64,000 nt of DNA from Longimicrobiales bacterium (GCA_965248195.1 CBDFIQ010000001.1:608001-672000), one strand, 5' to 3'; counted from the first letter of the stretch, positions 37,939-49,896 are shown. The notes: generated from the sequence alone by a model not told the origin. A program made the numbers and translations.

Positions 37939-38247
37939 CTAGGAGGGTGATCGGAAAGGGGGGTGGGCCGCGTTGCGGATGCCACGGCCCCAGCTCCTAG
38001 GCGGAGCGACGACGCCATAGCCGTAGCTATGGCTAGGAACTCCAACAACGGAGATGGGGTCGTGCCACCGCAACCCTTCGACGTGTAAGGTCATGCCCTT
38101 CATGATCGTGGGCACATGGCGGTTGCGCGGTTGATCCTGCGTCTCTCCTCGTCGCCGTAGACGGACTACGACTCCTCGTCGTTCCTTGTCTGAACGTGCG
38201 CAAGCGCCATGTGCGCGACCCGCCCCCCTTTCCGATCACCCTTCTAG
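37939..38247 (-). repeat. Structured ~305-nt repeat element, copy 2
   Basis: CTAG-bounded; perfect 20-bp IR AGGGTGATCGGAAAGGGGGG (37944-37963 / 38223-38242); core homologous to 18225-18483. Confidence 0.88.
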
Positions 38248-38337
38248 GTCCGTGAATCACAGGACTGTTGGGGCTGGTAACTCATAGATCGACGAACTTA
38301 GACAACCCAGGAAGGCGAGGCCACATGGTGGGTTGTC

Positions 38338-38376
38338 AAAAAAAACGCCCCACGGATCTCCTCAACCCGGGGGCGT
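38338..38376 (-). terminator. Rho-independent terminator of the cold-shock gene
   Basis: ACGCCCC...GGGGCGT stem next to A8 (T8 on the minus strand). Confidence 0.65.
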
Positions 38377-38396
38377 CTTCATCCGTTCTGTCGGTG

Positions 38397-38597
38397 TCAG
38401 GCCCTGACTACATTGGTGGCCCGGTATCCATTCTCGGTCTCCGCCAACTCGAACTCCACTTCCTCGCCCTCTGTCAGGGTGCGAAAGCCATCGGTGATGA
38501 TAGCTGAGAAGTGGACAAACAGGTCATCGCCCTCGGGACGAGCGATAAACCCATACCCTCTGCTATCGCTGAACCATTTAACGGTCCCTTTCGACAT
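38397..38597 (-). CDS. Cold-shock protein (CspA family)
   Basis: [37 protein letters not shown]. Confidence 0.95.
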   Translation of the reverse strand: MSKGTVKWFSDSRGYGFIARPEGDDLFVHFSAIITDGFRTLTEGEEVEFELAETENGYRATNVVRA

Positions 38598-38693
38598 GCG
38601 GCCTACTCCTTCTGCGGCACGGAACGATGGTTCGTCACGCCCAGGGCGTTGCGTCCGACCGAGGGCCGTGACCGGGTCTGGCGACCCGCACCT

Positions 38694-38723
38694 AGGGTAT
38701 CGGCCCGACCGGGTAGCCGTCAA
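38694..38723 (-). promoter_or_regulatory. Putative sigma70 promoter of csp, giving a ~90-nt 5'UTR
   Basis: TTGACG-N18-TACCCT on the minus strand. Confidence 0.4.
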
Positions 38724-38749
38724 GGAATTCGTCTTAGAGGCCCTAAAGG

Positions 38750-41089
38750 TTAATCCTCTCCGTAAAGAAACTGGTAGAGACCGATGTTGCGCGTGATGCT
38801 CTTCACGTATCCCCGGGTCTCGTCGAAGGGAATACGCTCCGTGAATCGAAGGGGATCCGCAAACTCGGGAAGCTGTCTCCAACGGCGTGCTCGGGTGGGA
38901 CCGGCATTGTATGCGGACAGCACCAGTGGCAGCTTGCCATCGCCGTATCGTCGCTCCATGTCGAGCCAAAACCTCGTTGCCAAGTGAAGGTTGATTTCCG
39001 CCGTCTCGAGACTCGCAGCCGTGAACCCTCGGATTCCCTGGCCCCGAGCGAGATCCCGCCCTGTCGCCGGCATGACCTGCATGAGGCCGATGGCTCCCGC
39101 CGGTGAATGAATTGTCGGCGTGAACGCCGATTCTTGCCGAATCAAAGCGGCCAGAAAAATTGGATCGATGCCGCGCTCATCCGCCTCTCTGGTGACAAGC
39201 TCCCGATAGGGGAACGGATAAAGAACCCGAAGCAGGCGCTTGGTCTGCGAAGCCCCGCCGCGCAGCAGATCCTGCCCAAGGCGGATCCCCTCGATGGAGA
39301 AACCCCGTTCGATCAGGGCATCGGCCACGTCGAGCCCTTCCGGAACCGATCCGTCCGTGCGCACGATCAGCCCATCGATGTGGGCCTCCACTCCTGCGTC
39401 GAGACCTGCCGCCACGAGCAGGTCCAGCGTCCTCAATGCGTCTCGGAGCCAGGGTCTCGGCGCCGATACCGGCCCCGAGGGCACAGCGGGGCGGAAAGGC
39501 TCCCCGAGGAGATCGAATGCGAGCACGCCGTAGTAGGACAGGGCGTCTCGGTCCCGTATCTCACTCAGGTATTGCTGGGCGTCCTCGTCACGGCCGAGGG
39601 CCCTCAGACTTCGAGCCACCCAAAAGGTGGCCTCGGCCCAGCGCTCACCACTAGGGAATTCCTCGAGGTAGCTACCGAACACTTCGGCCGCCGCTTCTTC
39701 ATCGTTCTGTTGAAGACGGATCTGACCAAGCCGCATTCGGGCCAGACCCGCCGAAGCGTGCGACGGCTCCATCGCGATCGCCCGCTCGAAACCGGCGGCC
39801 GCCTCCGTGTACGTGCCGCGCGCCAGTGCAGAGTTGGCCCGTGCTACGACGATATCGACCGCCTCGCGGCTCTCTGGGTACCGATCGATGATCCATCCCT
39901 CGATCGTTCGGACCGCATCTCGCCGGCCTTGCCGGCTCCGAGCCGCGCGCCATTGATCGAGGACGCGGAGCTCGAACACAGCGTCGTCGGTCTCGACCAG
40001 CTTCCTGAACTCCACCACCGCCGCCTCGTGCGTCCCGACCGCCGAAAGCAGGCGCGCGCGCGCCAACCGTACCGCGGGTTCGGGCTGGACCGCCTCCGGC
40101 AACCCGGCCAAGTGCCACTCATAGGCTTGAAGTGCCTGGTGATTCTCCCTGGCCCGGTCCAGGATCCGGGCCGAGCGGAGAGCCTGATCCGCGTCCACCG
40201 TACCGGTCCGTAGAACCCCCCAGGCCGCCCTTACCCCGCTCGCTCCCCGCGGGTACGCGTCCAAGGACGCCTGGTACGCCGCTCGCGCTGCCTCCAAATC
40301 TCCACGAATCGCCGCCAACGCACCGATGGCTTCCATCGCCTCACCACGCTGCGCCGCCCTTAGATCCCCCTGGACGATCTCGGCATATCGATCCAGGGCG
40401 CGGGCCGTGTCACCGGCCGCCAGCCAGGCACGAGGTTCCAGATCCCACGCCAACTCGGCGATGGCGGAGTCTCCCCTGAGCAGTGGAAGAAACCGTAACG
40501 TCTCTTCCGGGTCTCCCTGTTCAAGTGCGTTGCGGGCCATCTGCAACACGGTCCATTTCGACAACTCCGGCGAACGTCGGCCTGCCGCCTCTAGGGCACC
40601 GAGCATCGGCACCCAAGCGCCGGCCCGCGCCGCAACCTGCGCCTCCCGGGAAGCCACCCACGGAGTCTGCTTCGCGATCTGGCTGGTCGACCGGAAGCGT
40701 CGGTATTGTTGAGCCGCCTCATCCCATCGCTCCGCCGCCTCTAGCGCACGCGCCACCAGCAGCCTGCCCTCCCCACCTCCGATCCGATCGAGCCAGTCCG
40801 CCCCCTCCAGTTCCGCCAGCACATCGTCCCAATTATTCCAGCCCGCATCGGCACGAGCGAACAGGAGTAGCTCCGGGGGCGTCAGTGCGGCTTCGTCGGC
40901 GCCACGCGCTCTCAATATCCGACTTGCGTGCCAAAACCTCCCCGCTTCGAACTCGGCTCTGGCCGAGTCGACCGTCTGATCAGGAGCATCCGCACCGACG
41001 AGCAAGGCGGCCGAGTCAGGAAAGGCCGGAGCCGTGGGAACGCCCGCCCACAGCGCCAAAAGAACAGAGATCGACCCGAGGAATTTCAC
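38750..41089 (-). CDS. Soluble lytic transglycosylase (Slt-type) with TPR repeats
   Basis: [34 protein letters not shown]. Confidence 0.9.
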   Translation of the reverse strand: MKFLGSISVLLALWAGVPTAPAFPDSAALLVGADAPDQTVDSARAEFEAGRFWHASRILRARGADEAALTPPELLLFARADAGWNNWDDVLAELEGADWLDRIGGGEGRLLVARALEAAERWDEAAQQYRRFRSTSQIAKQTPWVASREAQVAARAGAWVPMLGALEAAGRRSPELSKWTVLQMARNALEQGDPEETLRFLPLLRGDSAIAELAWDLEPRAWLAAGDTARALDRYAEIVQGDLRAAQRGEAMEAIGALAAIRGDLEAARAAYQASLDAYPRGASGVRAAWGVLRTGTVDADQALRSARILDRARENHQALQAYEWHLAGLPEAVQPEPAVRLARARLLSAVGTHEAAVVEFRKLVETDDAVFELRVLDQWRAARSRQGRRDAVRTIEGWIIDRYPESREAVDIVVARANSALARGTYTEAAAGFERAIAMEPSHASAGLARMRLGQIRLQQNDEEAAAEVFGSYLEEFPSGERWAEATFWVARSLRALGRDEDAQQYLSEIRDRDALSYYGVLAFDLLGEPFRPAVPSGPVSAPRPWLRDALRTLDLLVAAGLDAGVEAHIDGLIVRTDGSVPEGLDVADALIERGFSIEGIRLGQDLLRGGASQTKRLLRVLYPFPYRELVTREADERGIDPIFLAALIRQESAFTPTIHSPAGAIGLMQVMPATGRDLARGQGIRGFTAASLETAEINLHLATRFWLDMERRYGDGKLPLVLSAYNAGPTRARRWRQLPEFADPLRFTERIPFDETRGYVKSITRNIGLYQFLYGED

Positions 41090-41262
41090 CAAACAGCACT
41101 ACCCGACGCGAAGGGAAGCCGGAAAAACATGCCCTATTCCGGAAACAGATATTTCAAGAGGCGGACCTCTAATAATAGTGTGGACCTCGAAATTTACCTA
41201 CTGACCCGCGGCTCCAACCGGGCAGCTCCGGAGGGAAGGTCAGGTGGGCAGCGCATGTGCAT

Positions 41263-41297
41263 AAGAAAAGGGGCCGCCCTTTCGGGCGGCCCCTCTT
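41263..41297 (-). terminator. Rho-independent terminator after the ExbB/TolQ gene
   Basis: AGGGGCCGCCC-TTTC-GGGCGGCCCCT with a T-rich tail on the minus strand. Confidence 0.85.
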
Positions 41298-41319
41298 ATG
41301 GTACACGCAGGTGCTCTTA

Positions 41320-42009
41320 CTACCGAGCGCGGTCCGACTCCATGGCGTGGAGCATGTCGATCATTTTCTGAGCCGACTCCTCCATATCGATGACCAAGCT
41401 GTCGATGCGCGCCACGAAGTAGTTGTGCGAAATGCTCACGGGAATCGCGATGACGAGTCCCGTCGCAGTCGTGAGCAACGCCACCTTGATCCCACCGGCA
41501 ACCAGCGTGGCCTCGACCTCGCCCGCCGCTTCGATGGACTGGAAGGCGATGATCATTCCGATCACGGTTCCGAGGAAGCCGAGGAGAGGAGCCACGTTGG
41601 TGAGCGTAGCAAGGACCACCAGGCCCTTCTCGAGCTTGCTCAACTCGATGAGACCCTGGTTCTCGATGGCCTTCATCACACGATCCGTGCCCTCCTCATG
41701 CCGATCTAGACCGGCATAGAGAATTTTCGCGGCAGGAGCGTCCGAGTTCCGGGTCGCCTCGAGCGCCTCATCGATGCGGTGCTCTTCCAGGAGCCCGTCC
41801 ACCTCACCCAGAATCTTTTTCGTCCGGGTCGAACTGGCGAGGAGGTCGAAGAACTTCCAGATGATGACGATAAAGCCGATGACTACGCAGATGGCCAAGG
41901 GCACGCGCATGAATCCCATGTCCCCCCAAAGAACCGAAGCCTGCTCACCTATCGTCAGATCCGGAGCCTCGACCCCAGGAATCTGCAGGAGCGCACTATA
42001 GACACGCAT
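41320..42009 (-). CDS. MotA/TolQ/ExbB proton-channel protein
   Basis: APLLGFLGTVIGMI, GGIKVALLTTATGLVIAIP. Confidence 0.92.
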   Translation of the reverse strand: MRVYSALLQIPGVEAPDLTIGEQASVLWGDMGFMRVPLAICVVIGFIVIIWKFFDLLASSTRTKKILGEVDGLLEEHRIDEALEATRNSDAPAAKILYAGLDRHEEGTDRVMKAIENQGLIELSKLEKGLVVLATLTNVAPLLGFLGTVIGMIIAFQSIEAAGEVEATLVAGGIKVALLTTATGLVIAIPVSISHNYFVARIDSLVIDMEESAQKMIDMLHAMESDRAR

Positions 42010-42124
42010 CACACCGACCAAAAGGACCTCCAGCAAGAAGTTCTAACTACGTCGCGAGGCCGCCCATGAGGGCGACAACTCTTGATTTTCGGAAGTCCGA
42101 ACCTGCCGGTGCCCGACAACCCTG

Positions 42125-43195
42125 TCAAGCCCCGTTCACCAGCATCGGCTTCTTGCAGCACGCGACTAGGTGCTTCGCTCCCTTTTCCTCCAACACGGGG
42201 GCTACCTTCCGGCACTCCTCATCCTTCCCTGGGTGGGGGCAACGTGTGTAGAAGGGACATCCCGATGGCGGCCGGATCGGACTGGGCACATCTCCGGAGA
42301 GTCGGACACGCTCGCGCACTGGTCCAACCCTCAGATCGCGGTGCGGAGCCGCTGACAGGAGTGCCCGGGTATACGGATGCCGTGGGTTCTTGTAGAGCTC
42401 CTGGGCCGCAGCCATCTCGACTATCTTGCCTAGATACATGACTGCCACGCGATCGCTCATATACTCGACGATGGCCAAGTCATGGGCGATGAAGAGGTAC
42501 GTGAGGCCGAGGTCCCTCTGGAGATCCCTGAGCAGATTGATCACCTGGGCCTGGACAGACACGTCGAGCGCCGAGACCGGCTCATCGCAGACGATGAACT
42601 CCGGCTCCACAGCCAGCGCGCGTGCGATCCCGACGCGCTGCCTCTGGCCGCCACTGAACTCGTGCGGATAACGGCCCGCGTGCTCGGTGTGTAAGCCCAC
42701 CATCTCGAGTAGCTCATGAACACGGGCCGACCGATCCACACCCGTCTCACCCAGCCCGTGTACCTTGAGGACCTCCGCTAGCATTCCGCCGACCGTCATC
42801 CGTGGATTGAGCGAACCGAAAGGATCCTGAAAAACAATCTGAGCACGTCGCCGAAACGCTCGGAACTGCGCACGATCGAGTTCCTCGAGGGCCTGACCGT
42901 CAAAGAGCACCCGCCCGCCGGTCGGCTCGATGAGACGGAGGATGGCTCGTCCCGTGGTGGATTTTCCGCAACCGGACTCCCCGACGAGGCCGAGCGTCTC
43001 GCCACGTTGGAGCCGGAAGCTCACGCCATCCACCGCCCTGACCTGCTCCACACTACGCCCCAGGACCCCGCCATGGACGGGGAAATACTTCCTCAGGTCC
43101 TGAACGTCGAGCAGCGCCTCGGTGTCGAGCGCGCCGTTCCCCTCGCGAGTCGACCTCGCGTCGGGAGCGGACGACGCGTCGGTATGGGACGTCAA
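42125..43195 (-). CDS. oppF: Oligopeptide/dipeptide ABC transporter ATPase
   Basis: [27 protein letters not shown]-terminal GCPF..RC. Confidence 0.92.
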   Translation of the reverse strand: MTSHTDASSAPDARSTREGNGALDTEALLDVQDLRKYFPVHGGVLGRSVEQVRAVDGVSFRLQRGETLGLVGESGCGKSTTGRAILRLIEPTGGRVLFDGQALEELDRAQFRAFRRRAQIVFQDPFGSLNPRMTVGGMLAEVLKVHGLGETGVDRSARVHELLEMVGLHTEHAGRYPHEFSGGQRQRVGIARALAVEPEFIVCDEPVSALDVSVQAQVINLLRDLQRDLGLTYLFIAHDLAIVEYMSDRVAVMYLGKIVEMAAAQELYKNPRHPYTRALLSAAPHRDLRVGPVRERVRLSGDVPSPIRPPSGCPFYTRCPHPGKDEECRKVAPVLEEKGAKHLVACCKKPMLVNGA

Positions 43196-44202
43196 GTCGG
43201 CTCTCCAGCGGGCCCGATCGAGGACTCATCTGGATGGACGCGCCAACACCTCGCCGAGCGGCTCGACCCAACGTCCACCGGCAACAGATCCGGCACAGAC
43301 TCCGCGCAACGCCCCCATGCGAAGGAACAGCGGTCCCGAAAGCGACACCCCTCCGGCCAATCCACCGCACTTGGAACGGTACCCGGAATGGGGTTCAGCC
43401 GGACGTTACGGTCCCCGACACCGGGGAGAGACGCCAACAAACCCTGCGTGTATGGATGCTCGGGGCGGGTCAGGATCTCCTCAGTAGTCCCCGTCTCTAC
43501 GATCTGGCCACCGTACATGACCAGCACCCGATCGCACACCTCGGCGATGACCCCGAGGTCGTGGGTAATGAGGAGGAGGGCCATGCCATGCCTACGCTGC
43601 AAGCTCACAAGCAAATCCAGAATCTGCGCCTGAATCGTCACGTCCAGCGCTGTGGTCGGCTCGTCGGCGATCAAGAGTCTTGGCTCACAAGAAAGGGCGA
43701 TGGCGATCATGACCCGTTGGAGCATTCCACCCGACATTTGATGCGGATAGCAGTCGAAGCGCTGATCGGGCTCCGGAATCCCGACCTCCGCGAGAAGGGC
43801 CACCCCTGCGGCACGGGCCTCCCGTTTACTCAACCCACGATGCAGCCTCAGTACCTCCTCGATCTGGTGCCCCACCGTGAAGACGGGATTCAACGAGGTC
43901 ATCGGCTCTTGGAAGATCATCGAGATCACATTGCCCCGAATCTCGCGGAGCCGAGCCGGTTGTACCGCCAGAAGTTCCTCGTCGTCGAAACGAATGGAAC
44001 TGCCCGACACGATCTCGCCGGGAGGCGAAGGGATAAGGCCCAAGACGGAGAGGGCCGTCACGGTCTTGCCGCACCCCGACTCCCCGACGATCCCCAGCGT
44101 CTCTCCCGGTTCGACCTGAAGGGACACGCCGTCGACCGCACGCGCCACGCCGGCGTCCGTCGTGAAGTAGGTGCGGAGATCCGTCACCTCGAGGAGCGGC
44201 AT
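43192..44202 (-). CDS. oppD: Oligopeptide/dipeptide ABC transporter ATPase
   Basis: [35 protein letters not shown]. Confidence 0.92.
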   Translation of the reverse strand: MPLLEVTDLRTYFTTDAGVARAVDGVSLQVEPGETLGIVGESGCGKTVTALSVLGLIPSPPGEIVSGSSIRFDDEELLAVQPARLREIRGNVISMIFQEPMTSLNPVFTVGHQIEEVLRLHRGLSKREARAAGVALLAEVGIPEPDQRFDCYPHQMSGGMLQRVMIAIALSCEPRLLIADEPTTALDVTIQAQILDLLVSLQRRHGMALLLITHDLGVIAEVCDRVLVMYGGQIVETGTTEEILTRPEHPYTQGLLASLPGVGDRNVRLNPIPGTVPSAVDWPEGCRFRDRCSFAWGRCAESVPDLLPVDVGSSRSARCWRVHPDESSIGPAGEPT

Positions 44203-44206
44203 TACG

Positions 44207-45325
44207 TCACGTCCTCAGGCGTGGGTCGAGAGCGTCCCTGAGCCCCTCGCCGACCAGGTTGAACGCGACCACGGTGAGTACGATTGCGAGGCCCGAGAAC
44301 GTAGATATCCACCAAGCGTCCAGCAGATAGGCACGCCCCTCCGATACCATGGAGCCCCATGAAGGGGTTGGAGGCTGGAGCCCGAGACCGAGGAACGAAA
44401 GGCCGGCCTCCAACACGATGACGTTTCCTACACCGAGGGTAGCCGCGACTATGACCGGGCCCAGCGCGTTGGGGATCACGTGCCGGAGGATGATGCGCCT
44501 ACGACTGAACCCGAGAGCCCGGGCCGCCTCGATGAACTCGCGCTCTCGCAGACTGAGCACCTCGCCACGAACGATTCGCGCCGTGGGGGGCCACTGGGTG
44601 AAGCCCAGGACGGCCATGATGAGGAAGATCGAGTTCGATTCGAATAGCGCGACGATGGCGATGAGGAGCACCAGACGGGGAAAGGAGATCACCATATCGA
44701 CGAAGCGCATCACCACCGTATCGACCCAACCGCCCAAGTAGCCGGACACAGCTCCCAGCAGAGTGCCGATCGTGATGCTGATCCCCACCGCAATGAAACC
44801 GATCGAGAGAGAGATCCGTGCGCCATACATGATGCGTGAGAAGACGTCTCTAGCCAGATGGTCCGTCCCGAGGGGAAATTCACCACCGGGAGCAACCAAA
44901 CGGGCCGTCAACAGCGAAGCCTGAATCGCCGGGTCGTGCGGAGCGATCAAGGGCGTCACAAGGGCGATCAGGTAGACCCACACGACGATCATTACGCCGA
45001 TGACGGCGATCCGGTTTTTCTTGAACGCCTGCGCGGCGAGACTCCATTGACCCATGCCGCTTCGCTTCACTTCGGCGGGGTGCGACACGTCGAACATGGA
45101 CCATCCCCATGCTCCAAGGAGGCCGGCCACGACCGTCAGCGACGCAATCTGGTGATCAAGCGGCCCGCCCCAGCCGGCAGCGAACCGGGCCCACCGAGTC
45201 AGGAGCACTCCGAGAAGTCCGATCCATACAGTTAGACTCATGCCGCCTACACCCCACCGGCCCTTCAGCACCTGTGGGAACCCGGGAAGCACAGCCGAAA
45301 GAGACACGCCGCCGGGGTCAGTCAT
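44207..45325 (-). CDS. oppC: Oligopeptide/dipeptide ABC permease (with N-terminal TM extension)
   Basis: [37 protein letters not shown]. Confidence 0.92.
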   Translation of the reverse strand: MTDPGGVSLSAVLPGFPQVLKGRWGVGGMSLTVWIGLLGVLLTRWARFAAGWGGPLDHQIASLTVVAGLLGAWGWSMFDVSHPAEVKRSGMGQWSLAAQAFKKNRIAVIGVMIVVWVYLIALVTPLIAPHDPAIQASLLTARLVAPGGEFPLGTDHLARDVFSRIMYGARISLSIGFIAVGISITIGTLLGAVSGYLGGWVDTVVMRFVDMVISFPRLVLLIAIVALFESNSIFLIMAVLGFTQWPPTARIVRGEVLSLREREFIEAARALGFSRRRIILRHVIPNALGPVIVAATLGVGNVIVLEAGLSFLGLGLQPPTPSWGSMVSEGRAYLLDAWWISTFSGLAIVLTVVAFNLVGEGLRDALDPRLRT

Positions 45326-46301
45326 ATCGAATCCGCGGATCCACCACCGCGTAGAGCACGTCCGAAACGAGGTTACCCACCACGACCATATTCGCGAAGA
45401 TCAGGCTGCCACCCATGATCACCGGATAGTCACGCGCCGTGATGGCGTCTACGACGAGTTTACCCATCCCTGGCCATGAAAAGACGTACTCGATGAAGAC
45501 GGTGCCGCTGAACAAAAAGGGGAGGTGGAGACCGAGCAGTGTGATTATGGGAATCAGGCCATTTCGGAGGGCGTGCTTGAAAATCACGACCGGCTCCGAC
45601 AACCCCTTGGCACGTGCTGTACGAATAAAATCCTGACGGATGACGTCCAGCATGCTTCCTCGCGTATAGCGGGCGATCCCGGCGGCTAGCACGAGAGCTA
45701 GAGAGGTGGCCGGAAGCGTCAGGTGCATGAGCCGGTCCTGGACCTTCTCCGCGGGACTGAGGAAGGCGTAGTCCACACCTTGGAGGCCGGTACCTGGGAA
45801 TTGGATCGGCCACTGCGACTCATAGGCGAAAAGACTGAACACGAGCACCATCATCAGCGCCAGCCAAAAAGACGGCATGGAGTAGAAGAAGAGACCCACG
45901 ATCGAGGCGACCGAATCCACCAGGGAGTATTGGCGCACGGCCTGCAGGATTCCGAGCAAGATCCCGAGGAAGAACGCGACTCCGATGGCGCTGACAGAGA
46001 GGAGCAGCGTGTTCGGAAGAAGTTCCTTGATGACGTCCAGAACCGGTCGATTATGCGAAAACGAGACCCCGAGGTCCCCTTGAGCAAGCGCCCCGAGCCA
46101 CCGCGCGTAGCGGATATGAATCGGCTGATCGAGACCCAAGTTGACACGGATCTGCTCGAGGGTCTCCGGCGACATGGTGGGGTTCATGAACCTCGCGGCG
46201 GGATCGCCCGGCGCGAGGTTTACGACGAAAAAAATGATCGTGGCGATGCCGAGGACGAGGGGAATGGCGCCCAGGAGCCGTCGCAAAATGAACGTTCTCA
46301 T
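45318..46301 (-). CDS. oppB: Oligopeptide/dipeptide ABC permease
   Basis: LAPGDP, GLDQP, FIRTARAKGL, HALRN, RDYP, DPRIR. Confidence 0.92.
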   Translation of the reverse strand: MRTFILRRLLGAIPLVLGIATIIFFVVNLAPGDPAARFMNPTMSPETLEQIRVNLGLDQPIHIRYARWLGALAQGDLGVSFSHNRPVLDVIKELLPNTLLLSVSAIGVAFFLGILLGILQAVRQYSLVDSVASIVGLFFYSMPSFWLALMMVLVFSLFAYESQWPIQFPGTGLQGVDYAFLSPAEKVQDRLMHLTLPATSLALVLAAGIARYTRGSMLDVIRQDFIRTARAKGLSEPVVIFKHALRNGLIPIITLLGLHLPFLFSGTVFIEYVFSWPGMGKLVVDAITARDYPVIMGGSLIFANMVVVGNLVSDVLYAVVDPRIRYD

Positions 46302-46352
46302 CGTTCGGCCACTACAGCCCAACCTTGATGTTTCCGAGTTTTCGGATCTTCG

Positions 46353-48068
46353 TCACTGTTCGGCGGAAATCCACCAATCCTTGATGTTCTGCCATTCCCC
46401 GCGCGAATCCATCTCCACGCCGTTAAGCTTCTTGCTCACGCCATCGAGCCGGTCCGGAAAGGAGAAAAAAGTATAAGGCTGCTCGTCCACCAGAAGTTCC
46501 TGGTATTGCGCCCAAAGCGGCTTGGCCTCGTCACGGTCGACAACCAGGGGTAACTCGTCGAGGAACTTGTCGATATCCGGGCGCCGCGTCCCGGCCCAAG
46601 CATAGGGGCCAGAAAGACTTTGGCTATGAAGGAGGTCCGTATCGTCCAACTTGAACTCGCCCACCCACCCCATGACCACACCGTCGAAATCCCGACGCAC
46701 CGGGTCGTTGATCTGGCTGAGGAGGGTAAGCCACTCGACCACGGTCGGCGTGACCTCGACGCCAATCTCGGCTAGCTGCGCCTGCATGATCTCCGCGATA
46801 CCCTGCCGGATATCGTTCCCGTCATTGTACTTTATGGAGATGGAGAGCCGATCCCCGTCGGAGTTCTCACGAACGCCGTCTCCGTCCCGATCCACCCAGC
46901 CCGCGGCATCGAGCAGAGCCCTGGCACCATTCGGATCGTACGCCCAGTGGAATGGGGGGACGCTCCCGTTCGCCACCCTCCCATGACCCTGCAACAGAGC
47001 ATCCACGATCTCCTGCCGGTTCGTGCCCTTCGTCAGGGCTCGGCGCACCCTCTTGTCGGCCAGCTGTGGGCGGCGAGAATTCCACGCAATGAGATCGTAC
47101 TGCCGGAACACATACTGCCTGAGCTCTGCGGCATCCGAATCAATGATGGCCTGGGCCTGATCGGGCGTGGGAGCGATGTAAACATCCAACCGCTCGGTCA
47201 GCAACTCTGTGAGGAGGGTCGTCTGCTCGCTGATGGTGCGGTTGACGTAGCGATCGAGGTAAGGGCGGCCGCCGAGGGCATCGGGAAACGCCGGGTTCGC
47301 CTGGAAGGTCCAGCTCGCGTCTTGCCGGTGCTCCACGAATACGAACGGTCCATTGCCAACCGGGCAGACCGTACCATAGGGATGCTGACTCAGCATCGTG
47401 GCGGGGACGTCGCCGAGCAGATGCTCGGGCATGATCGCCACGGCCCGCCAGGGATCGATGAAGTCTGCATGGGGCCGCATCCGAAACCTCACCGTGAACG
47501 AGTCGACCACCTCCACGCCGGCCGGCCCGCGGTCGTAATAGGTCCAGAACGTCGCGTTCGGAAAAGCCGTCTCGGGATCGATCGCACGCTCGTACGTAAA
47601 CGCGACATCGTACGCATCCGTGAGCTCACCGTCGTGCCAGTAGACGTCGTCTCGAATGTGAAACGTGAGCTCGGTCCCGTTGTCCGACACCTCCCAGGAT
47701 TCGGCTAGATACGGTGTCGCAATCCAATTCTCGTCGTACTGCACCAAGGTCATGAGGTTGACGAAATTCTGGTGCTGCTCCGCGGTATAGTCCGTAGAGA
47801 TGAGGCCATTCATCCCGGCCGGAATCTCGCCGATGTTACCCACGACCGCCGTGCCACCATAACGCGCGGACGGTGGCATCTGCCCCTCGAACTGAGACAT
47901 GAACGCCGAGACGTTGGCCGTGACCTCCTCACAAAACGGGATACCCGCCCCGGCCTGGGCCAACGAGGCTTCCAGCATCCAGGGTCCGGCTTCAAGGGAG
48001 GCCCCACCTTCGCCGCCCCGACATGCTCCCATCAACACGGCCGTCCCAACCGCTAGAATCGTCCTCAT
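46353..48068 (-). CDS. ABC transporter family-5 substrate-binding lipoprotein (paralog 1)
   Basis: Lipobox MGAC; PYLAESWEVS, WHDG..TDAYDV, PVGNGPF, DRDGDGVRE. Confidence 0.9.
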   Translation of the reverse strand: MRTILAVGTAVLMGACRGGEGGASLEAGPWMLEASLAQAGAGIPFCEEVTANVSAFMSQFEGQMPPSARYGGTAVVGNIGEIPAGMNGLISTDYTAEQHQNFVNLMTLVQYDENWIATPYLAESWEVSDNGTELTFHIRDDVYWHDGELTDAYDVAFTYERAIDPETAFPNATFWTYYDRGPAGVEVVDSFTVRFRMRPHADFIDPWRAVAIMPEHLLGDVPATMLSQHPYGTVCPVGNGPFVFVEHRQDASWTFQANPAFPDALGGRPYLDRYVNRTISEQTTLLTELLTERLDVYIAPTPDQAQAIIDSDAAELRQYVFRQYDLIAWNSRRPQLADKRVRRALTKGTNRQEIVDALLQGHGRVANGSVPPFHWAYDPNGARALLDAAGWVDRDGDGVRENSDGDRLSISIKYNDGNDIRQGIAEIMQAQLAEIGVEVTPTVVEWLTLLSQINDPVRRDFDGVVMGWVGEFKLDDTDLLHSQSLSGPYAWAGTRRPDIDKFLDELPLVVDRDEAKPLWAQYQELLVDEQPYTFFSFPDRLDGVSKKLNGVEMDSRGEWQNIKDWWISAEQ

Positions 48069-48120
48069 CAAAAGGGCCTCCTCATTTACGTCTCTCCACT
48101 ATTGCCGGGATGCGCAGTCC

Positions 48121-49896
48121 CTACCGCGCTCCGCGCCTCCGCTCATCGGACGGGATCCACCAGTCCTTCAGATTCACCCATTCGCCACGAATGTCCAATA
48201 CCTCGCCCCGGATTCGCCGGTTCACGCCCGACAACCGATCCAAGTTGTAGAGAAATGTGAAAGGCTGCTCGTCTATCAGGGATTCTTGGTACGCGTCCCA
48301 CGCCGCCTCGGCGGCCGCGAGGTCCAGAATCAACGGAAGTTGCTCCAGCTGGTCGTCGAGGTCCTCGCGTTGCGTGCCGGACATGGCGAAAGGAAAGTCA
48401 AGTTGTCCGCTGTGAAACAGGGGAGTGTCATCTAGCCTGAAGTCCGGCGTCCAAGTCATCATCACGCCGTCGAAATCCCTGGAGTCCGCGGCGAAAACCT
48501 GCTGGGACAGGGTCGACCCATCCACCGGCATTGGAACCGCCTCGACGCCGATCGAGCCGAGCTGAGCCTGCATGGCTTCCGCGATGTCGTGGCGCACCCG
48601 GATCGAGGTGAACTTGATCGTGAGCGAGAGGCGGACGCCGTCAGCGCTCTCCCGCACCCCGTCACCGTCCCGGTCAATCCATCCGGCTTCATCCAGCAGC
48701 GCCCTGGCGGCCGCTGGATCGTATGCCAGCGCATCTGCTCCCAGGGACGCATCGTAATACGGATGGAAGGGGGGTACTGTCCCGTTCGCAACGACGCCGT
48801 ACCCACCGAGGAGACCCGCCACGATCTCCTCGCGGTTCGTCCCCTTCGTAATCGCCATCCGAACCCTCTTGTCCGCGAGTTGTGGACGGCGGGAGTTCCA
48901 AGCGACAAAGGCGAAGGTCCGACCGGGAAAGCGGTACAATTCGATTGCGTCCGACGCGAGAATTGTCGCCGCCTGGTCAGGCGTAGGGGAGACATACGCG
49001 TCTAGGTTTTCCGTCAGCAACTCGGTCAAAAGCGCAGTTTGATCGGTCACGATCCGATATACGTACCGGTCGAGGTACGGTCGGCCTCCTAGTCCCTCTG
49101 GAAACGCCGGGTTCGCCTGAAAAGTCCAGCTCGCGCCCTGTCGATGCTCCACGAAGATGAACGGCCCGTTACCTACCGGACACACCGATCCGTATGGGTG
49201 CGCCCGCAACTCCGCCGCGGGCACGTCCTCCACCAGATGTTGCGGCATGATGGCCAACACCGTCCACAGATCCATGAAATCCGCGTGCGGCGTCATACGA
49301 ACGCGGACGGTCAGAGGATCGATCACCTCCACCGCACCCGGCCCCGTCTCCACGTACGTCCACCAGCCATCGTTCGGAAAGGCCGTCGCCGGGTCGGCGG
49401 CACGCTCCACCGTGTACGCCACATCGTAAGCGTCAGTCAGTTCGCCGTCGTGCCAGTAAACGTCGTCCCGCAGGTGGAAGGTGAGCTCCGTGCCGTCGGT
49501 CGACACCTCCCAGGATTCGGCCAGGTACGGTGCCGGGTTCAACTCCCGGTCATATCGGACGAGCGTCATGAGGTTGACGAACATCTGGTGATGCTGGCTT
49601 TGATACAGAGCGACGATATGGGCATTCATCCCACCGAACATTTCACTCGGTTGGCCCACTACTGCCGTGCCGCCATACCGGTTCGATGAAGGCTCCTGCC
49701 CCTTGAAGCGACCCATGAACGCAGCGACCCCGGCCATGGCCTCGTCACAGAAGGGGATGCCCGTTCCCGCCTCCAAGACGGAGGGATCCAGGGCCCATGG
49801 AGAGGCTCCGGCGAACGGCGAGCGCCCGTCACGGCACGCACTCGCCCCCACAGCCGCGAGCGCGAGCATCGTCGGGACGCACCAAGTTTTTCTCAT
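48121..49896 (-). CDS. ABC transporter family-5 substrate-binding lipoprotein (paralog 2)
   Basis: Lipobox ASAC; same motifs; clearly a tandem paralog of 46353-48068. Confidence 0.9.
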   Translation of the reverse strand: MRKTWCVPTMLALAAVGASACRDGRSPFAGASPWALDPSVLEAGTGIPFCDEAMAGVAAFMGRFKGQEPSSNRYGGTAVVGQPSEMFGGMNAHIVALYQSQHHQMFVNLMTLVRYDRELNPAPYLAESWEVSTDGTELTFHLRDDVYWHDGELTDAYDVAYTVERAADPATAFPNDGWWTYVETGPGAVEVIDPLTVRVRMTPHADFMDLWTVLAIMPQHLVEDVPAAELRAHPYGSVCPVGNGPFIFVEHRQGASWTFQANPAFPEGLGGRPYLDRYVYRIVTDQTALLTELLTENLDAYVSPTPDQAATILASDAIELYRFPGRTFAFVAWNSRRPQLADKRVRMAITKGTNREEIVAGLLGGYGVVANGTVPPFHPYYDASLGADALAYDPAAARALLDEAGWIDRDGDGVRESADGVRLSLTIKFTSIRVRHDIAEAMQAQLGSIGVEAVPMPVDGSTLSQQVFAADSRDFDGVMMTWTPDFRLDDTPLFHSGQLDFPFAMSGTQREDLDDQLEQLPLILDLAAAEAAWDAYQESLIDEQPFTFLYNLDRLSGVNRRIRGEVLDIRGEWVNLKDWWIPSDERRRGAR

